Shown here: piece after piece, positions 47,107 through 55,571 of the stretch
Layout of the letters: every line of letters starts with the position of its first letter
Numbering within the stretch: position 1 is the stretch's first letter
The notes under the pieces: model-generated
Database searches by the model: none
The model's input: only the letters and a program-made list of their open reading frames with translations
Told to the model about the DNA's origin: nothing
Assembly: GCA_036396095.1 (NCBI GenBank)
Contig: DASWLM010000013.1
Location: 6,817 to 70,816, forward strand
DNA: 64,000 nt
Direction of reading: 5' to 3'
Origin: Dehalococcoidales bacterium
GTDB taxonomy: Bacteria > Chloroflexota > Dehalococcoidia > Dehalococcoidales > Fen-1064
Made by a program: the position numbers and the translations under genes

Positions 47107-47733
47107 TTAGATAATCTGTTGAATGCCGGAAATGATGAACCAACCCCCGAAACCGAGAAGTAACAGACTACAGATAATAAAGATGCCCGTTTGGAATTTC
47201 TTCCCCCAGAGTGTTTTCGTGCGGTAAATCACGAACGATACTATTGATAACCAGATAAGGTCGCAAGTCCAGTGTGTCAGAATAAAGATGGGGAGCCCGG
47301 CCATCCCGAATTCCATGAATTTCATCACGAGCGTTATGCCCACGGTTGCCCACCAGAGCAGGAAGAAAGGATTACTGGCGCTCATAATAATGCCAGCGGT
47401 AACAGCACCGTAGACTAAGTCTTTGCCACTCTCCACCACATCCTTACGAGCACGAAACATGCCGATGCCCATCCAGATGAGCATCCCTCCACCCAACAGG
47501 CTCAAGACAATCTGTACGATATTATTCTGAAAGAAGCGGGAAAACCCGAAGTAAATCAGAAGAATGAGCGGCACTTCAATAATGGCATGACCCAGAGAGA
47601 TTTGCACGCCTGCCCAAGGACTGCGATAGCTCTTAGCGACTGTGACGGCAAACATAGGACCTGGAGTCATCACGCCGGATAGGGAAATAACCACTACGCT
47701 AATTATAATAGGAAGCAAATCCCCACCTCTCAT
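47107..47733 (-). CDS. LysE/RhtB-type membrane translocator
   Basis: N-terminal MTPGPMFAVTV motif and 5-6 TM segments. The start is taken at ATG 47733; the ORF extends to 47838. Confidence 0.6.
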   Translation of the reverse strand: MRGGDLLPIIISVVVISLSGVMTPGPMFAVTVAKSYRSPWAGVQISLGHAIIEVPLILLIYFGFSRFFQNNIVQIVLSLLGGGMLIWMGIGMFRARKDVVESGKDLVYGAVTAGIIMSASNPFFLLWWATVGITLVMKFMEFGMAGLPIFILTHWTCDLIWLSIVSFVIYRTKTLWGKKFQTGIFIICSLLLLGFGGWFIISGIQQII

Positions 47734-47840
47734 TGATTGTAACCCAGCCAAGATAGACAGTGCCACTCTATTGATGTCAGTAAGCGGGTAGTATAGGATG
47801 TATATATCTTCACTATCAGCCTGCTTTGGAGTGAGCAAAA

Positions 47841-49031
47841 GTGTCGCTTGACCTATCCCAAGTCGTAAAACAGATTACCGAGATGGTCGCCCGATTAAAA
47901 ACTAGACGGAAGGAGCGGCTGGAACGGATTACCCGTGCCGTTGATATCCTGCACAGTCAGGCGGATAAACTCGATTCGCTCAAGAAGAAAATTGCACTGA
48001 GCAAAACGACGTGGCTGGTTGCCGAACCTGTTGAGGTGCTGGACAAGTGTATGCCTGCTCCAGATGTGCCCACTGATTTTACGGTCATCGCTACGGATGG
48101 CTCGCATATTGATGTCGACCGTCACCACGCCGCGAACTGTTTTCTGATTAATATCGGGGTGGTAGTGTTGCGCTATGGCGCTAATCCGGACGCATTTTTG
48201 GATAGTCAGCCCGTGGTCTATTCCAGTGATGCTGACCTGATGATTGCATCACCCGATGGACTGCGCGAAGTGCCGGTGGAAGGGAACTTGCTTGGTGTGA
48301 AACGGAGCGTAGAGGAATGCCGCCGATTGGCGGAGCTGGTACGCAAGCTTCCATCTAATAGTACGGTGCTGGGGCTGATGGATGGTTCACTTATTCTCTG
48401 GAATCTGGAAGCCTATCCGGAATTCGTCACGGAATCATTGCTTAATAAAGGCTATTTGACTTATCTGGATGAGATTCACCGACTGACCAAGGATAAACAG
48501 ATTGTCGTTGCCAGCTATATCAGCTTCCCCCGGAGCACGGATGTGGTCAATGCCCTGCGTGTGGCAATGTGCCCTCGGGAATTGGTGGATAGCGACCGTT
48601 GTTCTGACTGCACAACTAGGGAGTGCTACAGTATTTCTGGTGTGCATGACCGCGACCTGTTTGCCGGAATATTGAAGCCAGGAGAGCGTTCGGTGCTTTT
48701 CATCAGTCCTTCCAAAATCCAGAAGCGGTATGGCAAACACTTGGTGTATTTTTTCTACCTGAGATTAAACGGAGAGATTGCCCGTGTGGAAGTACCGCGC
48801 TGGGTAGCGGAAGACAGAGTAAAATTGGGACTCGTTCATACGCTGGTGCTTGACCAGTGTCGGCGCGGACAGGGTTATCCGGTGGCTCTCAGTGAAGCCC
48901 ACGAAAAAGCAGTGGTTACAGGCGCTGACCGCGATAATTTCTGGCGGATGGTCGATGAATCGTTGGTAGAAAAGCATCTGCCCGTCACCGAGTCAGAGAA
49001 GAGCCGTAGTAAGAGGACAAGATGGCTTTAA
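47841..49031 (+). CDS. nurA: NurA-domain nuclease
   Basis: Motifs FTVIATDGSHIDVD and VLGLMDGSLILWN are typical of the NurA RNase-H-like fold. 396 aa, GTG start. Confidence 0.75.
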   Translation: MSLDLSQVVKQITEMVARLKTRRKERLERITRAVDILHSQADKLDSLKKKIALSKTTWLVAEPVEVLDKCMPAPDVPTDFTVIATDGSHIDVDRHHAANCFLINIGVVVLRYGANPDAFLDSQPVVYSSDADLMIASPDGLREVPVEGNLLGVKRSVEECRRLAELVRKLPSNSTVLGLMDGSLILWNLEAYPEFVTESLLNKGYLTYLDEIHRLTKDKQIVVASYISFPRSTDVVNALRVAMCPRELVDSDRCSDCTTRECYSISGVHDRDLFAGILKPGERSVLFISPSKIQKRYGKHLVYFFYLRLNGEIARVEVPRWVAEDRVKLGLVHTLVLDQCRRGQGYPVALSEAHEKAVVTGADRDNFWRMVDESLVEKHLPVTESEKSRSKRTRWL

Positions 49032-49115
49032 AAATTCTGTTGACCCTCTATCCTAATCGTTATAGAATACGCACACAGGAGATGACATCCCGCTCCCGGG
49101 CGGAGGAGGTGTACT

Positions 49116-49596
49116 ATGGTGCCAAAGAACATTGCGGAAGGACTGCGAGTTTGTGAGTTATTTGTAACATTGGATGAGAAGGAGATGAAAACACTGCTCG
49201 ATGTGCTTGGTACTGCCTGTGAAACGGTGGACTATAAGCCAGGCGACCACATCTTCGACCAGGGTGAAAATGAGCACGAAGCTCTATGTCATTGTCAGCG
49301 GGCAGGTAACGCTGGCGCGCTCGGTCAATATGGGTAACAAGACCGGCGCCTGGCCCCTGGGTCTTTTGGGACGAGGGCGTGCAATGGGGTGGTCGGCGGT
49401 GCTTTACGGGCCTCGTTATTCCACGGCATCTGCCGTCTGCCAGAAGGCGGCACAAATAATCACCATCGATGGCGCCAGATTGAGGGCGGTGCTCGAAAAT
49501 AATCCGGTGATAGGTTTTAAGGTAATGGACAAGCTGGCGTGTATGCTAGGAGAGAGACTCAGGGCAGCGTACAATACACTGGAAGGACACCTGTAA
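49116..49596 (+). pseudogene. stand-alone cyclic-nucleotide-binding (CAP/cNMP) domain gene interrupted by a +1 frameshift
   Basis: The domain is split across two frames. Frame A (from 49116) reads ...VDYKPGDHIFDQGENEH. Frame B continues KLYVIVSGQVTLARS...GLLGRGRAMGWSAVL...RYSTASAVC. The junction is at about 49265-49280. Confidence 0.7.
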
Positions 49597-49632
49597 AACT
49601 AAATATCTAATATCCATTTTCTAATTTCTAAG
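49597..49632 (+). repeat. heptad TCTAA array, left arm flanking the four-helix-bundle gene
   Basis: AACTAAATATCTAATATCCATTTTCTAATTTCTAAG. Confidence 0.6.
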
Positions 49633-49638
49633 GAATTT

Positions 49639-50022
49639 ATGGTGAAGAGTGAATATAAGTCTACGGGGAAACGTGACCTGGAAGAACGGACACTGAAGTT
49701 TGCGAATGACATAGTCGGATTTGTTGAAAGACTTCCGAGAACAATACCCAACAACGAATTGGTGAAGCAGTTGGTGAGGTCTGCGGGTTCAATAGGTGCT
49801 AATTACATCGAAGCTAATGAGGCACTAGGGAAGAAAGACTTCCTACTCCGGCTCCGTATCTGTAGAAAAGAAGCAAAAGAGTCTGTTTACTGGTTAAAGC
49901 TTATTCGTGTAAAAACCGATATAATTGTTGAGCAACGCGATACTCTTCTGCAAGAAGCCACCGAATTGACAAAAATATTTGGTGCAATCGTTACTAAACT
50001 TCAACCCCCAGAAAATGTTTAG
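49639..50022 (+). CDS. four-helix-bundle protein (23S rRNA intervening-sequence protein family)
   Basis: Pattern LVRSAGSIGANYIEANEALGKKDFLLRLRICRKEAKESVYWLKLI is typical of this family. Confidence 0.8.
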   Translation: MVKSEYKSTGKRDLEERTLKFANDIVGFVERLPRTIPNNELVKQLVRSAGSIGANYIEANEALGKKDFLLRLRICRKEAKESVYWLKLIRVKTDIIVEQRDTLLQEATELTKIFGAIVTKLQPPENV

Positions 50023-50044
50023 ATATTAGATATTAGGTATTGGG
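50018..50044 (-). repeat. heptad TCTAA array in inverted orientation, right arm flanking the four-helix-bundle gene
   Basis: TTTAGATATTAGATATTAGGTATTGGG, the reverse complement of the ...CCTAATATCTAATATCTAAA type. Confidence 0.6.
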
Positions 50045-50051
50045 AATTATT

Positions 50052-50639
50052 ATGAGTACCAAAATTGCTGAAGTAATCGAGTCCTCTACCACAGGTTTTA
50101 TTGCCGAAGCATACGAACTCTACGATTTGCCTTCTTTCGGCAGTCTGGTGAAAATCATTGAGCCGCCGTCAGAAATCTACGGCATTGTTTGTCAGGCAGG
50201 CACGGCGAGTATCGAACCGGGGCGGCGTCCTATCGCCCGCGGTAAAGATGAAGCCTCTGAGAGGGCAGTCTATCAGACCAACCCTCAACTGATGAAACTT
50301 CTCCGAAGCGAGTTTACCGTGCTGGTGGTGGGATATACGAACGATGGGAAAATGTACCAGTACCTGCCTCCCAAACCGGCGCACATTCACGCTTTTATTC
50401 ACCCATGCAGTCCAGATGAAGTGAAACGATTCAGCCAATCCTTTGATTTTCTCAATCTGCTCATCACGGGGAATTCTCAGGTACCAACGGAAGAGCTAAT
50501 TGCCACCGTCCTGCGGGAGATGAGCCGGGTACAGGATGACCCGCGTGCTTTTCTGGTTAATGCCGGGAAATCGCTCACCACTTTGCTCAGTGGTGACTAC
50601 CAGCGGTTGCGAGCGATTCTTGGGAGGTTGCGGACATGA
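50052..50639 (+). CDS. uncharacterised 195-aa protein, translationally coupled to herA; N-terminus resembles a small beta-barrel (HAS-barrel-like)
   Basis: Its stop overlaps the herA ATG (ATGA, 50636-50639). The N-terminal KIAEVIESSTTGFIAEAYELYDLPSFGSLVKIIEPPSEIYGIVCQ resembles the HerA N-terminal barrel pattern. No enzymatic motif recognised. Confidence 0.6.
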   Translation: MSTKIAEVIESSTTGFIAEAYELYDLPSFGSLVKIIEPPSEIYGIVCQAGTASIEPGRRPIARGKDEASERAVYQTNPQLMKLLRSEFTVLVVGYTNDGKMYQYLPPKPAHIHAFIHPCSPDEVKRFSQSFDFLNLLITGNSQVPTEELIATVLREMSRVQDDPRAFLVNAGKSLTTLLSGDYQRLRAILGRLRT

Positions 50640-52252
50640 CAGAAACCAGTCAGGCGCTCGGTATTGTCGTCTCCGGCTCGGTGGAGAAGGGTGTTGATAT
50701 TCGCCTTGATGCGCAGGCTTCCGTCGAGGATATGGTCGTCGGGCGGTATGTAACTATCGAGGGTAAGAAGCGCCGTTTCTTCGGTATGATAACGGACATC
50801 AGACTCGGTGTGACCGATGAAGCCATCACAGCGACGCCGCCGGATACCTCCGACCCTTTTACCGCTGAAGTGTTAGAGGGTACCGCAACCTACGGCACTC
50901 TACACGTCCTGCCGATGTTAACAATTGGCGGAGATGTCACCAGCATCGTTGAAGGACCCCAGCCGGTAAAGACAGTACCCAGCCACTTTTCTCGCGTCAG
51001 CCTCGCCTCGGAACAGGATATGGAATTGGTCTTCGGCAAGGAAGACGCTCAGCGGTTCTGGATTGGCAATCCACTGGATATGGAGACAAAGTTATGCCTT
51101 AATCTTGAGGAACTGGTGAAGCGAAGCAATGGTATCTTCGGCAAGAGCGGCACAGGTAAGACCTTCCTGACGCGCTTGCTCCTCATTGGTATGCTTCAAA
51201 AAAGCAAAGCAGTCAACCTCATCTTTGATATGCACAATGAATACGGCTGGGAGGGGAGCAGTGAGAGCGCGGGTCGCAAAGTAAAGGCGCTGAAGCAACT
51301 CTTCCCGGAGAAGGTGGCGGTTTTTACTCTGGATGAAGAGAACTCGAAGCGGCGTGGCGTCAGCACGGATTTCACGGTGCGCATCGGTTTCGATGAAATT
51401 GAACCAGAAGACATCGCTCTCCTCCGACAGACTCTGAATCTTACAGAGGCGGCGACCGAAGCGGTCTATCAATTACGACGTCGCTTTGGTAGAGACTGGA
51501 TGCAGAAAACGCTTGACCTTTCGGATTCAGAGGAGACGAAGAATCTGCTCCAGCAGATGAATATCCACGAAAGCACATTTCAAAATCTACGGCGCGGATT
51601 GGCAACCATCCGCCGTCTACCGTTCATCGTTCAGCGCACGCCGGTAGATGCCGTGAAAAGTATACTGGAATACCTCGACCGCGGTATTAATGTAGTCCTT
51701 GAATTTGGACGGTACCGCGATATCACTGCTTATGTACTGGTGGCGAACATGCTCGCCCGCCGTATTTATAATCGCTATCAGGAAAAGATGGAAGCATCCA
51801 TGGCGGGAAATGTGGCTTCTCCTACCCCGCTGGTTATCACTATCGAAGAAGCCCATAAGTTCCTCAACCGGGAGGTGGCGAACTACACTATCTTCGGTAC
51901 GATTGCCCGCGAGATGCGTAAATACAATGTCACTTTACTCGTCATCGACCAGCGTCCCAGTGCCATCGACGAAGAGGTGATGTCGCAGTTGGGCACTAAA
52001 ATTACCTGCCTGCTGGACAATGAGAGGGACATCGATTCTGTGCTTGCTGGTATCTCAGGAAAAAATGAACTAAAAACAGTACTGGCGCGTCTGGCACCTA
52101 AACAACAGGCATTGATTTTCGGACATGCCGTCCCGATGCCTGTGCCCATCAAGACCAGAGAGTGGGGCAGTCAGGAGTCATACAAAGAGTTTGCACGTGG
52201 TAATGTCTCCAAACAACAGGCAGAAAAAGACATAAAGGAGCTTTTCGACTAG
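50636..52252 (+). CDS. herA: HerA/FtsK-type hexameric ATPase (DUF87 family)
   Basis: N-terminal barrel (LGIVVSGSVEKGVDIRL...VGRYVTIEG), Walker A GIFGKSGTGKTF, Walker B-like PLVITIEEAHKF, and LLVIDQRPS. Confidence 0.85.
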   Translation: MTETSQALGIVVSGSVEKGVDIRLDAQASVEDMVVGRYVTIEGKKRRFFGMITDIRLGVTDEAITATPPDTSDPFTAEVLEGTATYGTLHVLPMLTIGGDVTSIVEGPQPVKTVPSHFSRVSLASEQDMELVFGKEDAQRFWIGNPLDMETKLCLNLEELVKRSNGIFGKSGTGKTFLTRLLLIGMLQKSKAVNLIFDMHNEYGWEGSSESAGRKVKALKQLFPEKVAVFTLDEENSKRRGVSTDFTVRIGFDEIEPEDIALLRQTLNLTEAATEAVYQLRRRFGRDWMQKTLDLSDSEETKNLLQQMNIHESTFQNLRRGLATIRRLPFIVQRTPVDAVKSILEYLDRGINVVLEFGRYRDITAYVLVANMLARRIYNRYQEKMEASMAGNVASPTPLVITIEEAHKFLNREVANYTIFGTIAREMRKYNVTLLVIDQRPSAIDEEVMSQLGTKITCLLDNERDIDSVLAGISGKNELKTVLARLAPKQQALIFGHAVPMPVPIKTREWGSQESYKEFARGNVSKQQAEKDIKELFD

Positions 52253-52274
52253 TACCTATTTGAGAAATTCATAA

Positions 52275-52375
52275 CTCCCTAGGGGAGAGGGTGAATAAAT
52301 ATAGGCAGTAGTGGAAAAGATAAACGACCTCACCCCGTCCCTCTCCGTCGACGGAGAGGGAGATGGAGGGAGAGG
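52275..52375. repeat. GGGAGAGG-type palindromic elements (including a perfect 22-bp palindrome)
   Basis: CTCCCTAGGGGAGAGGGTGA (52275-52294), CCTCACCCC, then CCCTCTCCGTC|GACGGAGAGGG (52339-52360), then GGAGGGAGAGG. Confidence 0.6.
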
Positions 52376-52387
52376 TAGAATGTAAAT

Positions 52388-53218
52388 ATGAACAACAAAA
52401 TGAATCGTAAGAAAGTTGGATTAGCGCTGGGTGGCGGCGCGGCGCGTGGGCTGGCGCACATCGGGGTGCTGGAAGTATTGGAACGAGAGAGTATCCCCAT
52501 TGACATGATTGCCGGCACGAGCATGGGGGCAATCATCGGGGCTTTCTATGCCCATACCCGTGACATCAACCTGATTAAAGACCTTGCGGTGGAGGTGGGC
52601 AAACACCGCATCCGGTTTTTTACCGACCTCACTATCCCCAGGACGGGAATCCTGCGCTGGAAATGGGTCGAGGACAAGTTGAAGAGAGTTATCGGCGGGG
52701 TACGGTTCGAAGACTTGAAGATTCCTTTTTCCTGCGTGGCGGTTGATATTGACAATGGTGAGGAGCTTATCCTTAATGAAGGACTAGTCTGGGATGCGGC
52801 GCGTGCCAGCGCTACCGTTCCCGTAGCACTATCAATAAATCCGTGGAAGAACAGGTACTTGGTTGATGGTGGAGTCTCCAATCCAGTCCCGGTCAGCGTT
52901 TTGAAACAGATGGGCGCCGATTTCATCATTGCAGTCAATGTCCTGCACGATACCGCTAATGTTGCTGACCACGAACCTTCTAAGAAAGAGAAAGCCAGAG
53001 AGCACAATATTTTCACGATTATGGCTAAGACTATGTATATAGTTAGTTATCGTGTTATCGGCACATCCCTTGGTGGTGCAGATGTGGTGATTGAACCGGA
53101 TATGATCGGCATCAACTTCACAGATTTCCAGCGAGCGAAAGAATGTATCAAGAGAGGTGCGCTTGTGACACAAAAAGCCATCCCTGAAATTAAGCGCCGA
53201 TTATCCCTCGCTGAGTGA
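52388..53218 (+). CDS. patatin-like phospholipase (RssA/YlbK type)
   Basis: Oxyanion GLALGGGAARGLAHIGV, nucleophile GTSMGA, and the catalytic Asp region YLVDGGVSNPVP. Confidence 0.9.
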   Translation: MNNKMNRKKVGLALGGGAARGLAHIGVLEVLERESIPIDMIAGTSMGAIIGAFYAHTRDINLIKDLAVEVGKHRIRFFTDLTIPRTGILRWKWVEDKLKRVIGGVRFEDLKIPFSCVAVDIDNGEELILNEGLVWDAARASATVPVALSINPWKNRYLVDGGVSNPVPVSVLKQMGADFIIAVNVLHDTANVADHEPSKKEKAREHNIFTIMAKTMYIVSYRVIGTSLGGADVVIEPDMIGINFTDFQRAKECIKRGALVTQKAIPEIKRRLSLAE

Positions 53219-54087
53219 CAATGCAGACAGAATCGCTTCTCACCCGAACTAAAAAGCTACTGAAAGCCTATGACCTCCATGCCCGCAAGGGGCTGGCTCA
53301 GCACTTCCTGGTCGATGGTGGGGTGGTCAAGCAAATCCTTGCCGCTGCCGAATTATCTCCATCGGATACCATCATCGAGGTAGGACCGGGGCTGGGAGTG
53401 CTCACCGGGGAACTGGTGAAAAGTGCGGGAAAAGTGATTGCCATCGAACTCGACCAGCGGCTTGCCGGGCTTTTAAAGGGGAAAATGGCTTCGCCTGATA
53501 ATCTTGCTGTAATTAATGACAATGTGCTCAAAACGGACCCTGCGCAATTACTCACACCACTCGGTGTCTCCGACTACAAAGTGGTGGCAAACCTGCCTTA
53601 CTACATTACCGGGGCGGTCATTCGCCATTTCTTGGAAGCTTCCCTGAAGCCGCGCCTGATGGTGCTGATGGTACAGCGAGAGGTGGCGAAGCAAATCACG
53701 GCAAAACCAGGTGAGATGAGCCTGTTGAGCGTGAGTGTGCAGTTCTATGGAGTTCCCAAAATAGCCGCGAAAGTGCCGGCGCACGCCTTCTATCCCACAC
53801 CGAAGGTTGATTCGGCAGTGCTCAGAATCGATGTCTATCCGCAGCCAAAGGTAGCAGTGAATAATGTCGACGAATTTTTCCGGTTGGTCAAAGCCGGTTT
53901 CAGCGCCAATCGGAAACAACTTATTAATTCCCTATCACATGGTTTAGATTTACCAAAAACCGAAGTTCTGCTGTTTCTGGAGAAAGCGGGTATCGACCCG
54001 AAGCGCCGCGCCGAGACCCTGACCATTGGAGAATGGGGGCAGTTGTTGAACATTTTACGTGAGCGAGGTGCGCATGATAACCATTGA
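53215..54087 (+). CDS. rsmA: 16S rRNA (adenine1518/1519-N6)-dimethyltransferase RsmA/KsgA
   Basis: GLAQHFLVD, VIEVGPGLGVLT, VVANLPYYIT. GTGA overlap with the patatin gene. Confidence 0.9.
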   Translation: MTMQTESLLTRTKKLLKAYDLHARKGLAQHFLVDGGVVKQILAAAELSPSDTIIEVGPGLGVLTGELVKSAGKVIAIELDQRLAGLLKGKMASPDNLAVINDNVLKTDPAQLLTPLGVSDYKVVANLPYYITGAVIRHFLEASLKPRLMVLMVQREVAKQITAKPGEMSLLSVSVQFYGVPKIAAKVPAHAFYPTPKVDSAVLRIDVYPQPKVAVNNVDEFFRLVKAGFSANRKQLINSLSHGLDLPKTEVLLFLEKAGIDPKRRAETLTIGEWGQLLNILRERGAHDNH

Positions 54088-54928
54088 AGCGCCCGCCAAA
54101 ATCAATCTCACTCTCGAAGTGTTGAGGAAACGTCCAGATGGCTACCACGAAATCTGCAGTGTTGTACAAGCCATTAGTCTTTGTGATACCCTGCGCTTCT
54201 CTTTGAGCAAAAGCATCGAAATACGCTCCGCTTCGCCGGGATGGTCGGCAGAGCAAAGTATTATCCCGAAAGCGATACGTGTAATAAAGACGATAACAGG
54301 ATATGTGGGCGGGGTTGTTATTGACATTGAGAAGCGTGTCCCTCTGATGGCGGGGTTGGGTGGCGATAGCAGTGATGCCGCTGCCGTTCTGCGGGGTCTT
54401 AATGAACTCTGGCAGTTAGGTTTATCACATGAGAAATTGCTGGAACTGGCGCCGCAGTTAGGTTCGGATGTTGCCTTCTTTCTCTATGGTGGCACGGCAT
54501 TGATGGAAGGGCGCGGCGAAATAATTACGCCACTGCCAGCTTTTCCCCATCATTACGTTATTCTGGTAAACCCCGCCACTCCACATATATCGGGGAAAAC
54601 CGCTGCCTTGTATGCAAAACTCCAGCCGTCTCACTACACAGACGGGCAAATCACGGGACAACTGGTACAGGATTTGAAATCAGGGAGCGAATTCCATCCG
54701 GCGCGGCTATTCAATACCTTTGAGAACGTGGTTTTCACACGTGGTACGGAATTGACGACCTATCGTTCCCATATTCGTAAAAGCGGCGCGCCCCATGTCC
54801 ACCTCGCCGGGTCGGGTCCGGCGCTATTCACGCTCGTGAAAGACAGGACGCGCGCGGAAGACATGGCTGTTCGACTGAAAAATCAGGGGATGGAGACCCA
54901 TCTTGTTGAGACGCGTGATTGTCGGTAG
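54074..54928 (+). CDS. ispE: 4-diphosphocytidyl-2-C-methyl-D-erythritol kinase
   Basis: APAKINLTLEVL.KRPDGYHEI, and the GHMP motif PLMAGLGGDSSDAAA. Confidence 0.9.
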   Translation: MITIEAPAKINLTLEVLRKRPDGYHEICSVVQAISLCDTLRFSLSKSIEIRSASPGWSAEQSIIPKAIRVIKTITGYVGGVVIDIEKRVPLMAGLGGDSSDAAAVLRGLNELWQLGLSHEKLLELAPQLGSDVAFFLYGGTALMEGRGEIITPLPAFPHHYVILVNPATPHISGKTAALYAKLQPSHYTDGQITGQLVQDLKSGSEFHPARLFNTFENVVFTRGTELTTYRSHIRKSGAPHVHLAGSGPALFTLVKDRTRAEDMAVRLKNQGMETHLVETRDCR

Positions 54929-55006
54929 TATTGTGACTTAGGTTACTGGTAGTAAAAAGCCGATGCCTTTATAATGAGGGCAATCTATAAAAAATGGAGG
55001 GGAGCA

Positions 55007-55513
55007 ATGAGCGAAAAAACCGAAGCCAATTTGCAACAGGCATTTGCGGGAGAAAGTCAGGCGAACCGGAGGTACCTGTTCTTTGCGGATAAAGCGGATA
55101 AAGAGGGATTGCCTCAGGTCGCTAGATTGTTCCGCGCCGCTGCGGAAGCCGAAACGGTTCACGCCTATAACCATTTCAATACGATGACTGGCATCGGCAC
55201 GAGTATCGATAATCTCTCCGCTGCCGTTATCGGAGAACACCAGGAATTCACCCGGATGTATCCCGCAATGATTAACCAGGCGATTGAAGATGAGAACAAG
55301 CGTGCCCAGACTTCATTCGAATGGGCGGATGCGGTGGAAAAAATCCATTACGACCACTTTCAGGGTATGCTGAAGGCGGTCAAAGAGAAACAGGCAATCA
55401 AGAACGAACCTTACTTTGTCTGTCCGGTGTGCGGTAACACCGTGCTGGGAAAAGCCCCGGACAAGTGCCCGGTATGCGGAGCGCCGGGAAGCAAATTTAA
55501 GAAGATTGAATAG
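55007..55513 (+). CDS. rubrerythrin
   Basis: Di-iron four-helix motifs (FAGESQANRRY, EAETVH..., EH.EF) and the C-terminal rubredoxin-like CPVCG...CPVCG. SD GGAGGGGAG. Confidence 0.9.
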   Translation: MSEKTEANLQQAFAGESQANRRYLFFADKADKEGLPQVARLFRAAAEAETVHAYNHFNTMTGIGTSIDNLSAAVIGEHQEFTRMYPAMINQAIEDENKRAQTSFEWADAVEKIHYDHFQGMLKAVKEKQAIKNEPYFVCPVCGNTVLGKAPDKCPVCGAPGSKFKKIE

Positions 55514-55571
55514 CAATTAATTGACCCTGTTTTTAATATGTAACGATTGGGGATTGCACTGAGAAAAATTT

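Noticed and set aside
52388-53218. The patatin-like phospholipase considered as an effector of the NurA/HerA cluster.
   Set aside because: It is separated from herA by a 135-bp spacer full of palindromic repeats, and its stop overlaps the rsmA start (GTGA). It therefore belongs to the patatin-rsmA-ispE unit and is an RssA/YlbK-type housekeeping-looking patatin.
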